Source: Podospora anserina (taxonomy: Eukaryota). From it: 64,000 nucleotides of DNA. Shown piece after piece: positions 39,577 through 51,860 of the stretch. The notes beneath the pieces were generated by a model. The model ran no database searches and was not told the DNA's origin. It saw nothing but the letters and a program-made list of their open reading frames with translations. The stretch lies in assembly GCA_017654855.1 (NCBI GenBank), contig CM030334.1:1364001-1428000 (forward strand). The letters run 5' to 3'. Position numbers and translations under genes: made by a program. Within the stretch, counting starts at the first letter, position 1. Every line of letters starts with the position of its first letter.

Positions 39577-41264
39577 CTAGGCGGCGGTCTCGACCTCCTC
39601 AACCTTGGCGGGCTCATCGGCCTTCTTCTCCTCAAGACTGACGTCCTCGACAGCCTTGGTGGTCTCGGCAACTGCCTTGTCCTCCTTGGCCTCTCCGTTA
39701 GAGACAACCTCGCCGCGCTCCTCGGCCTCGAGGCGCTCAATTTCCTTCTTGGCTTTCTCGACGTTCTGCAATCTCGATTAGAATGACATCGTAGCATGTA
39801 GAAAATCAAGCTTCTAAAACCCACCTTCTTGGTCTCGGCCTCCTGGTTGGCCTTCCAGTTCGCGAGCTTAGCCTTGATTGCCTCAATGGCAGCAGGGACA
39901 TCGGCAGCGCCGGACGGGAGGTTGATACCGAGAGTCTTACAGTCGTCCATCACGGCAGGGGGCAAGCTGAACTTGCCAGAGGCGGCAACACCACCCTCGG
40001 CCGCCTTGTTCTTCTTGCCCTTCTTGCCCTTCTTGGCCGCAGGGAGATAGTCCTCGTCGCGGTCCTCCTTGCGCACAAGGCGAACGCCCTTCAGGCCGTC
40101 GGCCTCAACCTTGCGGATGTCGGTGGCACCCAGACCCTTGTTGGCAACAAGAGGGGCCTTCTCGACAGTCTGGTGAGAGGGGTCGAAAAAGTGAAGGAGG
40201 CTGTTGGCGCGGCGAATCTCCTCAAGGAAAGCAGGCTCGGAAGCCTCAGCGAGCATCGCCTTGGCACGCTCCATGCGCTTCTCTTTAGCATACTTCTCGC
40301 GCTCAGCAGCTTCACGCTCGGCGCGCTTGGCCTTTTGCTCACGCTCGTAGGCAGCGGCGGCCTTCTTCTGAGTGAAGTATTCATCTCTGAGAGCCCTGAG
40401 CTCGGCGTATTTTGCATCCCTCTCGATCTTGAGCTTGGTACGCTCATCCCTGAGCTTGCCGAGGTTGTCACGGGCAGTGTTCTGCTCAGCCTTGATGACG
40501 TCGAGTTCGGCCTGAAGAGTAGCGTATTCCTCGCTCAGCTTCTTGGCCTCGGGAGTGTCCAAGCTGTCCTTGATCTCCTTGATCTTGGCCTTGTGCTCGT
40601 CAATCAGCTTCTGCTGTTGCTCAAAGCCGCCAAACAACTTCTTCTGCTTGCGGAGGTTGGAGATCTCGTTAAGCGCCTTCTTCTCATCAACAAGCTTCAT
40701 CATACCGGAGTTAACATCGCGCTCGAGACGGGCAATCTTCTCCTCGAGTTCCTCCAGGTTCTTGACGGGCAGCTTGGCACGGTCGGCCTTGCTCTCGTTG
40801 ATAAGGCGCTTCACGGTCTCTTCATGGCGCTTGATTTGGTCGAACTTGGAAGCGCGATCCTTCTTGCCACCACCCTGCTGTTCCTTGATCTCGTTGAGGC
40901 GCTTGATGAGCTCCTGTCTGCGAATCTGGGTTGGATTCTGGGACTCCTGGTCTTTTCTGGGAGCAGCAAGATCAATCTGGTTGTTTACAGCTTTCTGTGA
41001 ACAATTGGGTATTAGCATCTCCGATATTCGGTGTGACCCATATAAACCTAGGCAGCAAACGACGGGCGGTTCACAGCGGGAGGCTGCATTTCGCACCGGG
41101 GGCCAGACGGGGACAACTGAGCTGGGGCTTACAATCTTGTCCTGCAGAGCCCTGACCTCCTTGTCAAGCTTAGCCTCCTGCTCCTTGAACAGAGCCTCAT
41201 CAGGTCGGCGGATTGGGCCCGTAGGGGCGACGGCGGCGGCCGGAGCGGTGCTTTCAGTAGCCAT
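39577..41264 (-). CDS. BFR1: Nuclear segregation / polysome-associated coiled-coil protein Bfr1
   Basis: Exons 41264-41133, 40994-39825, 39765-39577. RPDE..F N-terminus, long K/E coiled coil, SGMMKLVDEKKALNEISNLRKQKK, AFLEEI, KKGKKGKK; highly biased codon usage. Confidence 0.85.
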
Positions 41265-41864
41265 TTCGAGAACCAGAGAGCGATACCGGGTAGAATGTGT
41301 TGGGTGCAAGAGGATGCTGTGAAGGGACAACCCCAGATGTTGGTGTCAATTGGTGACCCTGAATCTGGTAGGGAGATGATCCGCGGGATAGTGTGATGTG
41401 TTCCGAAGAAGTGGAGGAAAAAGAGGAGAATATTTCTGTAGCAGTACTGCGGTAGTGAACGGTGGTGACAGCTGGTCCTCCATACACGCCCTTCCTGCCC
41501 CAAAAAATCAAAAATTTGGGAGCAACAGCGCTATCAGGCGCCCGGACCAGGGGCTAAGGCTTCAATTTACCGTGTTTAATGTGGCACGTGCGCATATTCG
41601 CCTGCCAATCCCAACACCTGCAAGCACCTCTTTGATAAGCCCACCCCGCTGTGCCTTGCTGTATCAGTGGGTACACCCCCCCCAGCGGTCAATTTTTCGG
41701 TTCCCTTCTTTCTCAGCCTCGCGGAAAGAGAACCTTGCAACCTTTGAAGCTTTTCGCAAACCACCACCACCACCACCAAACTAGTCATCGCCATCGCCCA
41801 TCCTCTCCTTTGCCAGTATCTTCCCTTCGACCACATTTACAATCGCAGCAGATAACTATCCACA

Positions 41865-42694
41865 ATGTCCGACGACTTTGGCAGTGGCAACATCCACGAC
41901 AAGGAGGTGTCGCGACTCTGGCGCGCATGGAGGACCATCCACGAGATGGTCGCTGACCGGGTTCGTGGGTCTCAACATAGACAAATCGATTCTATATACT
42001 AACAAAGCCCCAGGGCTACGAATTGGCCGAGGAAGAAATCAAGATGCCCCTCGATGAGTTTAAGAGAAAGTTCACCAACGGCGACGGTTCCCCAAAGTAT
42101 GTTGTCCCCTGCCCCCCTTCCCCCCCTCCCACTCTTCAGCCTTCTAACTCTTCTGTTCATTATAGCCGCTCAATAATGTCCTTCTCCGCCCGTCCCTCCG
42201 CCAGCATGATCAAAAAGTTCACCCCTCCACCAACGGCCTCCAACCCTGACCCTGCCCCCGAATGCGGCACCATCTGGGTCGAGTTCTGCCCCGAGAAGAC
42301 GTCCATCGGCATTTCAGTTATGAAGAAGTTTGTCGAGCACTGCGCCAACAACTCATACAAGGCCGGCATTCTCGTCACCGCCGTCGCTCTTTCCGCCCAA
42401 GCCCGCAAGGTCATGACCGTGACCAGCCAGTACACCCTGATCGAGTGCTTCCTTGAGGAGGATCTCCTCGTCAACATCACCCACCACGAGCTGGTCCCAA
42501 CCCACATTCTTCTGAGCAGGGAGGAGAAGATGGCCTTGCTCAAGAGATACAGGCTGAAGGAGACGCAGCTCCCACGAATCCTGCAAAAGGATCCCATCGC
42601 GAGATATTTGGGGCTGAAGAGGGGGCAGGTGGTCAAGATTGTGAGAATCAGCGAGACGGCCGGTCGCTATGCTAGTTACAGACTCTGTGTTTAA
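41865..42694 (+). CDS. RPB5: DNA-directed RNA polymerases I/II/III shared subunit RPABC1
   Basis: Exons 41865-41960, 42014-42096, 42166-42694. WRAWRTIHEMVADRGY, LLVNITHHELVP.H, QLPRI...DPIARYLGLKRGQVVKI.R.SETAGRYASYRLCV. Confidence 0.97.
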
Positions 42695-43544
42695 ATAAGG
42701 ACAGAAAAAGACGGGGGGGTTCGGCAGGCTTTGGGGAAGTTGCGGACGAAACAGGAGGGCAGCAGCAGCAGCATGGTTTGCTAGCATGCCTTTTTTTTCC
42801 TGCACAAAGTTATACACACCAAAAAGGGGCGTCTATCTTCATATACGGGGGTTGGCATGAAACTGGGTGGTTTGCTTTCTGGCGTTATACAGGGAAGAAT
42901 GGGATTTGGTTTGCAAACAGTACAGCATGTCGTTTTGTAGTCCATAATGGCCGACGGTCTATCTCGCTCTTGTAGTTAGCGGAGAAAATGATACATGGGT
43001 CATAATTTGTAGATTGAGTAAAGCAGACGGGCGGTTGCTTATGGCTGTAGTGACTCGTGCGAGAGCGTATTGTTTTCAATGCAAACATCATTCATAAAAC
43101 ATCTTTACGATGAACATCACAGCATAGGAGTTGGCCCAATCATTCTCCCAACTTTCAAAAATATTCTGGAGGCCTTTTGTCCCTGTCGACGAACATGGAG
43201 ACATCAGGTACCATAACGCGAAGTATATGTTACACCCTCCTTCGACTATTGAGACCTGCAGCTCAGAGACATGTCAGCATCGACTGGTCAGATGACCCTA
43301 TTTCTCTTTTTTTACTTTTTTTACGACACTTTGTGGTCGAAAGCGTCGAAACTACCGAGCACAACACAGTCGTGACACTGCACACCCCTCTGTCTTGTTG
43401 CGTATATCCTGTTGCTATCACCGAGTTCATTAAACTCATATGTCACCCGAAAGCCTTGGCAGGTAGGTATGGTTCAGCTTATGGCACTCGATACCGTAGG
43501 TAGGCAGCAGAGAAACAGTCCACGCCTAGTAATCATCGGACAGA

Positions 43545-44241
43545 ATGTGCCTAGACGAATGGGTTCTTCGCAACCAACCTAGGTATTCCATAGAAGCCTA
43601 TTAACACCGCTTGGAAATTTTTCGTCTGTTGCTTTCCTATCTATTCTACAGTCCTGTAGAAGATTTCTTCCCCTTAGTATCGAATCACGGCTACAGGACC
43701 AAAAAAAAAGATAAAAATCATTCGGGGGAAAAAGTTTCAGAATCCCAAAATGTGAAGGGGGGGGGGGAGGATACCAGGTATCTGCGACATCAACCAGAGG
43801 GACTTATCTACGTCAGGTCATGGAAGTCTTGCCCGCTCCAAGATTCCTCTGATGAATGGGAGAGAATTATGAGACGAGTTTCGAATCGCAAATCATTCGT
43901 CTTGCACCATGAGCTATGATTTTGCATTTTCAGGGCTGCCATGCCCGATAGGTATGTTGCTAAAGTACCTGGATATGTTTCGTCAACTCTTAACATCAGT
44001 TATATACAATTCAGAGGAATCGCACCAGCGAACTGCACTCGAGTCAGTGTTTCTCTCCCAATTGACAAAAATATCCCGACTCACAGAATCGCTCCTTTCT
44101 TCGTCTTTGCTTTCTTTTACTATACAGATATATCTATCTCTAACGGATTTAATAATCCCCCACATAATGGGGACTGTCAGCTATAGACTACCAGCTTGGA
44201 TTCGGCTCTGTGATCAAGAAGACAATTTCTTGCCCGCATAA
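43545..44241 (+). pseudogene. Possible degenerate coding remnant of unknown family
   Basis: Protein-like frame MCLDEWVLRNQPRYSIEAY*HRLEIFRLLLSYLF...WERIMRRVSNRK, apparently continuing in a shifted frame (YDFAFSGLPCPIGMLLKYLDMFRQLL...). Lies in an AT-richer region; no family recognised. Confidence 0.25.
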
Positions 44242-45305
44242 CTAGTTTAATCGTTCTCAAATTAACGATACTAACTTACCGGGAGTTTCTAAACGGTGTG
44301 AAGGTGGTGATCATTACCGGCGGAAGGGAGGGGGAACTCGGTAAAGAAAGTAACAAGAAACTCGAGGAAGGGAAGGCCGACAGGAGAATGGACATGATGG
44401 TATATCTTCTACTTTACTTTGATGCCCGTTAACATTAATGGTATATGCTCTTCCGGTCTTGAAAAATCCTTTCCATGATAGGTTAACGAGAAGAATCATC
44501 CTATAACAACGTTGAAGGAAGTGATCCTAGAATAAGGTAGGAATCAATATTTGATCGGGAGAATAAACCCATCATCGCGTCGGACACTTATGTGTTAGAG
44601 ATGATAGACAGGTATCGTCGTGTAGGTTGTGTATGTAGGCAGGTCGTAGACAAGGCCCTATCACAAGACAAAGATAGACATAAGGTAGGCAACTCCCCAC
44701 GGTCAGTCAACAAAAAGCATAGAATTTCGATGCTCATTTTCCTTCATCATCAATCACAAAAACCGAATCTACAAAACCCCTGCGTGTTGCGCCTATATGT
44801 GCCAAATCGAGCTCCCATCTCTTCAGACTTAAGAGCAAAAGGACCAGACCTTGATCATCAATTTGATCTCCCGCTAAAATCCAACTGCCGGACCCACCCC
44901 CACACTTTTCACTTCTCGGCTGTAATTTACATGTCGTTACACCATTTCGGTAATCACCGCTTTTGTTCAGGTTCTGACGATTCCCATGTCAGCACAAGTT
45001 TTGTCTTCGTTATATAGGTACGGTAAGTTTTAGGGTATCAATTTCTTGTTTCTTATTCAAATTTAACTGCCTTATATCCCTTTTGATCCACCATCTCAAA
45101 CAATAGAAATGTTGTCCTAGGTATCATCCACTCCCGTGCCAATATATTTGGTGAAAATAACTGTTCCATGTTAAGCATGCCCCCCAATTAAACATGTGCA
45201 ACTTTTTGGTATATTCTTTCCTTTCCTTTCATTTCCTTTCCTTTCATAGCCCATACCCAAAACTCCAGCCAATAGTACCCAAATCCCAAGATCAAGAAAA
45301 CCCCC

Positions 45306-47024
45306 CTAGCACGGCGCCTCAACAACAACCCTCCTCCATCTCCCCGACCCGCCAACTTCCCCATAACCAGGTAGCCTGTCCTCTTCCTGCTCCTGACCCT
45401 GCTCGTTATCCTGCCCGGCCACAACACCATCCCCATAACCAGGCAGTCCATCCGTCCCAGAAGAAGCATCCGAGGAGGAACTCCCAGTATTCTGACTCGA
45501 CACCCCACCACCACCACCCATCCAACTATCCCTCCCCCTCTGCACCTCCTCCCTCAACTCCTCACTCATAACCTGAATCACCCTCGGCCTCAAGTGCTCA
45601 TCCGCCTGCGCCTCCTCAAAACTCGGCAGCTCTTGCCCCAACCCCCCAGCAACCGCCGCCCCAGGCTGCTCAACAGCCACCTGCAACGGCACCGTCAAGT
45701 TCACCCTCGTCCCCCCACTGCTCCTCTTCTTGCTCTTCTCCAACGCCATTGCCATGTTCAGCGACAAAGACAACGTGTACACCCTCGAAGCGATACACCC
45801 GTGAAAAGTCGGCACAAAAGTCTTCTTGTCCGTCGGTAAACCGATGGGGATGTCCACCGTGGACGTGAGATACACCGGACTCTTCTGCTTGTCTTTGCCC
45901 ACCACAGGGGAAGAAGACGACTCGGTCCCGTACCCGCTATCCCTCCGCTGGTTCCTCATTTTCTGCGTCCAGCTCACTTCGGGAACAGCAGAAATGGGGG
46001 GCAAAGAGACAGAGGTGAAGAACTGCCCTCTCCGGTCCGTGACGTAGGGCGTGTTCCACTGCTCTCCCAGATTAGGAAAATCAGAAATCGTGCCCGACGA
46101 AAAGAACGTGTGAGCCGTGACTTTCCCTGACACACCCGTTATCTGAGGCGGGGAGGCAATGTGGGAGGGGTTTTCGGGGTCAAAGGTCAGGCTGATTCTC
46201 ATTGTTGGTCGGGAGACGAGACTGTTCCCGTCCGACGAAATGACTGCTGCTGATGGTTGGTGGGCTTCGGCGGTGATCTTGCCCAGCTTCGTCGAGAGGA
46301 TGAAGCTCTTGCGCAAAGTTTTGGACTTGGTCATGCTGTATAGTCTGTCCTTGGGGGTGATGTTCAAGGGTGGTTCCTCGGGGGTTGATGGCAAGACCTG
46401 GATGTTGCGTGTCCCCTCCATGATTCTCGTCTTCTTGATGGCGGTGTTCTCTGGTCGCGGGCCTGTGGAGGAGACGGTTTCCCTCAGGACGCGAGCTTTG
46501 ATGCTGTATTCCACACGGGTCATGCGAGGCGCCATGTCGTCCTTCTCCCAGCCACCGCCCATGCTGGGTGGGAGCAAAACGTGGTGATCCTGGAGCTGAT
46601 CTGATAGTCGCTTGTGGTTACAGGCGTTGATGGTGAGCTGGCTAGGAATAACAAAGTTGAAGGGAATGGTGTAGGTCCCGCCCGTCTCCAACACCTTGGG
46701 CAGGGGGTATGTCGACTCGGGGACTGGCATGACCATCTTGAGGAAGGTGTGTGTGATCTCCTGGGGGAAGCTCATGCCGTCAAAGCTGGCCTTGGTGTTG
46801 CCAATGAGAACAATCTGAATCGAGTCGAAGTGGACATCTCGCTTGGTAACAATCGTAACCTCGCCCTTCACAGGCGATCCAGATGTATAGACTTTGGCGT
46901 TGTAGTGGTCCTTTAGGTGGACTCGGATGTCAGATTTGGGAAAGGCCAGGTCCCTAGTAAGTGGTGGGAAGTCATGCGAGTCATGGGCACTCGAGGCCGA
47001 GTTGGATGAAGGTGTAGCCGCCAT
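45306..47024 (-). CDS. Arrestin-like (ART/Bul1-type) ubiquitin-ligase adaptor
   Basis: VYTSGSPVKGEVTI, HTFLK, YTIPFNFVIP, LPPSMG, VEYSIKARV, PTFHGCIASRVY and C-terminal LPGY (PY-like) motifs x2. First ATG at 47024. Confidence 0.85.
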   Translation of the reverse strand: MAATPSSNSASSAHDSHDFPPLTRDLAFPKSDIRVHLKDHYNAKVYTSGSPVKGEVTIVTKRDVHFDSIQIVLIGNTKASFDGMSFPQEITHTFLKMVMPVPESTYPLPKVLETGGTYTIPFNFVIPSQLTINACNHKRLSDQLQDHHVLLPPSMGGGWEKDDMAPRMTRVEYSIKARVLRETVSSTGPRPENTAIKKTRIMEGTRNIQVLPSTPEEPPLNITPKDRLYSMTKSKTLRKSFILSTKLGKITAEAHQPSAAVISSDGNSLVSRPTMRISLTFDPENPSHIASPPQITGVSGKVTAHTFFSSGTISDFPNLGEQWNTPYVTDRRGQFFTSVSLPPISAVPEVSWTQKMRNQRRDSGYGTESSSSPVVGKDKQKSPVYLTSTVDIPIGLPTDKKTFVPTFHGCIASRVYTLSLSLNMAMALEKSKKRSSGGTRVNLTVPLQVAVEQPGAAVAGGLGQELPSFEEAQADEHLRPRVIQVMSEELREEVQRGRDSWMGGGGGVSSQNTGSSSSDASSGTDGLPGYGDGVVAGQDNEQGQEQEEDRLPGYGEVGGSGRWRRVVVEAPC

Positions 47025-50000
47025 TGTGGAGACTAGACGGACTTGAGACCGAGTCCAGAGGTAAACGGCTAGAAGAGGACAAGATATAGCAAAAAGGGAA
47101 ATTGCTGTCAACGACGGGTGTAACTGAATGTCTCCTGTTGGCTTCCGTGGGCAGCAAACTTTTTCAGAGGCCGTCACCTGTGCCGACAAGACAGCAAGCG
47201 TACAACAGCCAGCGGGATGGCCAAACAAACAAGGTGTAGGTAAGAGGGGTCCAGTGGTTCACAATCGATGGGTCGGAAAACTATAACAGCCTCAGGCGTT
47301 GAGCGGCGTTCGCGACCGTCTTATAGCGGGCTGCCCTAACCCCATGGTTTAGTTGGACCCAGGGTAGATGGTGGATAACAAAGCTTTTGACTCATTACAA
47401 AGCCAGAAGAAAAAAAAAAAGAGAGAGCTAGGCGGACGAGGCAGAGCATTGATCTGGCTAACCTGCTTCTGTTCCCCGGGGTGCCGTCCATGTCTCCCCC
47501 TTCCCTACCCTGCCTACCCAATGCCTACCCGGGCCAGGGGGGTGTGATTGGAGCACATGTGGACAAAAAGGACGTGGGTGGTGGTGGTGGGTGCGCAATT
47601 GCTACTTTGGTCAACGGCATCAAAAGGAGGGCGGGGCAGCTCTTGGCTCCCATCACTCGGTTGGTCGTTTCGTCAGTCGACCCGGAAAGCTGAACCGCTA
47701 TTTGGCATCGGCAAGGAGTGGGATGCCGTGATGGAGGGTGCCAAGAGCCCAGACGAACGCCTCGCGCCCTGCATCCTTTTGTGTTGCAAATGCTGGCCAG
47801 TCTCTTTGCTCAAGGAGAGGGCGTGGCCTCTCTGTGAATTTGGACTCCCTGATGGGGACATGATGTGGAAAAGGCTGACTCCCAGGGTGTTGAACAAGGA
47901 CAAAACGATCGTCAAGCTGGGGTTGTCATTGGCCAGAGCTCTCGACACTAGCTAGCCGTGATCGATGAGCTTTTTTAACGGGCACCATCGTTTCGTCTCT
48001 TGTTGGCCGAAAGGCGCAAAAGTCCGTTGACCGGTCATCGGATGTCAAAAGGAAATGCTGGGCCGTCGCTTCGACGTCAGCCGTTTCCCCTGCCTCGATG
48101 TGGCTTGGTCTAGTCTGATCTAGTGATACGTATGTGCTTTCAATATGTGATATGTTGCCCATGTGTCACTATCTGAATCTCTACGGGTAGCCATCTGTGA
48201 AGGAGCAGATAGCTTCACAATCCTGACCAACCGTCTGATATGTTCCTTAACTGTCACCAAGCCCAGCGAACAGAAGAAACTCTCCGAGGAGATCACAAAC
48301 TATACAGTCGTCATCCGATCTTCATAGACGTAAGGTACATAGTTCGAGCGGTGTTAGTGAAGGGCGGTCCCAGAGAGTGACAGAAGGCGGGTCTTGTCTT
48401 CAATTCCTAACTCCACTGGGTGCCCCGCCCACCCCACTCCTCCCCGCATCGCATCATGGGCCCCGCTCGGCGTAGACCCCAGCAGGCCGAGCCCAGAACT
48501 CCACAGCAGACCCACTGTAAACTCCATTGTTTGAAGGTCACGCCCCGATCACGGCGGCTCTGAAAACAATCAGATGTCGAAATCTAGGCCATTCGAACCT
48601 TTTGTCAAGACCCGTCTCGCTTCCATTCACCTCGATTGACTTATTTCACGGGATATTCATTGTCGAAGCTGCACTGAAAACATCCCCATCAACGGCAAAA
48701 CCCGATGGGCTCAGCCTTCTCATTGTCTTATTTCATCTTGACCTACATACAGCATCGAAAAAAAAAACGTTGTGAGGTGAAGGTAAGGCAAGGCCCTCGC
48801 AGTTGGAGTCATCGGCCAATATGCACTGGAACTTGGATCCGCATAGTGCTACTCTACACAGCAATTTGGGTCCGCATGGTCCGCAAGGTTCCCACCCATT
48901 ACCTACAATAATGAATTCACACTCGCGGCAAGAGGTCATCTTGCCGAAGCCCAGCCATGTCATTGATGAGACCGACCCATCATCAAATCTGGGCGCCTCT
49001 TGTGGCGTCGGGCTCTGTCCCGACTGCCCATGCGAGGTATGCCCTCCCGACTACCCTTTCCGGAAGACCCAAACAGCCGGGACACGGGACAGACCTTTGG
49101 GGTTCTGCTAGCTTTGTCCCGGTGAGACTCCTTGCATACCGTTCAAACCTCTCTCCTCCCCACCAGCCACGAGTTCTTCACTTTCTTTCCACTTCGTCTC
49201 TCCGAATCCGCACCTCGATACGGCTTCGAGTCTCTTCCCCGCAAACCTGGATAACCATGTTTCACGAGAATGGTGCAATATACCGTCATCAGGTTTTCCT
49301 CAGGAAAGCTTTTAAACTCCGTCAGGATCCATAATCCTAGCTCCCAACCATCACCATATTCCAAGCCACGCCCTACGTTGTACAACAGTTCAACCCCCTA
49401 CAAACTAATATGACTCAGCTATGGTTATCCATACCACTTTCGCAAAGCGTCAGCTCAGGAAGAACTTCTCGCCGTCTCTCTCCCATCACACATCCTGTCT
49501 GCACAGTCCCACTCCCGTCGTTCTCGCGACTTCGCTTTTGTCAGCGAACTGCCATTACTAATATATACCCCTAACCAAGTTGATATTGACGTCCAGCCAC
49601 ACACCCCCTACACTACCTTGCAAACAGTTCGTACAATGTACACCTCTGCCAAATGACAAGGCTGAACCGAAGGAGTCATCTTGGCAGGGGGGTTGTCTCC
49701 AAGCCCATTGTAACCACTATGGAAACATGACCGCATTGCAGAGTAGTACCCATCACCAAATCCAGCTCCACCGCTCTTAGCTCCGTACGGCAAGAACATC
49801 ACCATCTGACCTCGCCAAAAACCTAAATAAAAATAAAATCTAGATTTTCAGTCATGACCTGGCTCTGCTGAAAGGGTGACGATACCCGGTCCGGTCATCA
49901 AGCCTAATGACAACACCAAGTTGGTACCCGATCCGATAGTCTCGTCTTCCCTCTTCCGAGCCGAAAAGACATATTTCGTCCGGGCGTATTCCCGTCGCTT

Positions 50001-50389
50001 GCCCTTCCCTACGCGTACTCGCCATGACATCTTTTTTCTAATAGGTAAAATATTGTGTGTGGCACTCACCAAGGTAAGCTTGAGGCTCAGAGCCTTTATT
50101 CACCGCCCATTCTCAAAAACCGAATATTTCTATGCAAAAGTACCTTACACATGACGGTCCATCTTTTGTTTCCTTATGCCGGCACCTCCGATGATGATGA
50201 CGATGCTGCTCTCTAACCAACCCAAAAAGCCGATGTTGTATCAATAGTACACTTAGGTAAAAAAACTCCCCTTTCTCAGCTTATGACTCTTACACAAGAT
50301 ACCAAACAACCCACACACACTCCATCACTCCTATGCTTCATCGATCAAAACACAAACAAACTTTCCAATCTTCAAGTCAAGCAAGCAAC

Positions 50390-51860
50390 TTAGTCATGCC
50401 AAGAGATATAAAGCATGATGCCCGCCCCAGCAGCAATCGCCGCAAATTGCACCAGCATCTTCCTCAACTCCACCGCCTTGTTCTTCCCAGTCTCCAACAA
50501 CTCGGGGATGACCGCCACTGTGCCCACATACAAGAAAGTTCCAGCCGTGAAAGGCAGCAACATGTCTCCCCAAGTCAAGCTCGTGCCCCAGAGACCTTCC
50601 TTCATGCCCATGGCCACAGCATCAGCGCCGCTCGCTCCATTCCCTCCAAACTCCTGGATCGCAATGCCAATGAGCGTGCCGAGGAGAGCACCAATAGCCG
50701 TAACAAACTGCGCGCCCATGGCCTGCTTCTTCGTGAACCCAGACTGGACCAGCAGAGCGAAATCGCCGACCTCGTGGGGAATCTCGTGGAAGAAGACCGC
50801 AACAGTCGTAGTAGCGCCGATGGTGGGGGAAGCGTAAAACGAGGCAGACATGGCGAGACCGTCGGTGATGTTGTGTGTAAAATCGGCACTGTCCCCATAT
50901 TAGCACACCCTCCTCACCTTATAACCACCCACACCAAAACTTACATCATATTCAACAACCCACCCAATTTGACACTGGGATTAACCTCCTTCTTCTCCTC
51001 CTCTTCCTTTTCCCCCTCCCCATCATCCTTCCCTCCCTTCCGTCTCTTCAACTCCCCCTTCTTCTTCTTCTCCTCCTCCTCCTCCACCACCGCCGAACTC
51101 ACCCCCTTGGTATCATCCTCCCCATGCTTATGCCCATGCGAATGATCATGCGAATGCCCCTTGCCCCCCGTAGCAATCCTCAACCCCTTGTCCATCCCCA
51201 CAAAGACCATAAACCCAACCAAGATCCCCACCCCGAGCAGCAAGTTCCTGTTCGGCTCCACCATCACAAACCTCGCCCTGTCCTCCTCCCCCTCCCCGAC
51301 AAAAATCTCAGGCAGCAAATGAAACAGCGTATCCCCCAGCAACCCCCCAACCGCAAACGCAACCATCACCTGCAGCGAATCCGGATTAATATCCGTCGGG
51401 CAGAGGGCCAGCAAGAAGTTCGGCGGGCCGGAAATATACAGCGTCGCCAACAGGGCATTGACCGCAGGACTACCAGGAAACAGATACCCGAAAATCTTGG
51501 TCGTCAGGCTCGAGGGGGCGGCGTCGGCGTCGGCCTTTTTGAGGTTGGATAGCTTTTGGACGATTTCGCATTTCTGTTCCATTACAGATGCCAGTTAGCG
51601 ATTCCAATCCGGGCTAAGAGAAAAGGAAGGGAGAATGTAATCGAGGCAAAACGAACCTGCAGCTCCTCCCCAACCTCCCCCAAACTCAACATCGACACAT
51701 CGGCCACCTCCTCCGCCGTCCTCGGAACCACCATCCGGCTTCCATGCCCTCCAGCGCCACACTTCCCCCCAGCATGCCCCCAAGCAGATCCCGCAAACAG
51801 CACCAGCGCAACAGCGCACAGCACAAGAAGCGCACGGCTCCTCAATATCCGCAACCCCAT
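50390..51860 (-). CDS. YKE4: ZIP-family zinc transporter (LIV-1/ZIP7, Yke4-like)
   Basis: Exons 51860-51657, 51573-50945, 50888-50390. Signal peptide, AFAVGGLLGDTLFHLLPE, His-rich loop HSHDHSHGHKH, ADFTHNITDG, HEIPHEVGDFALL. Confidence 0.92.
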
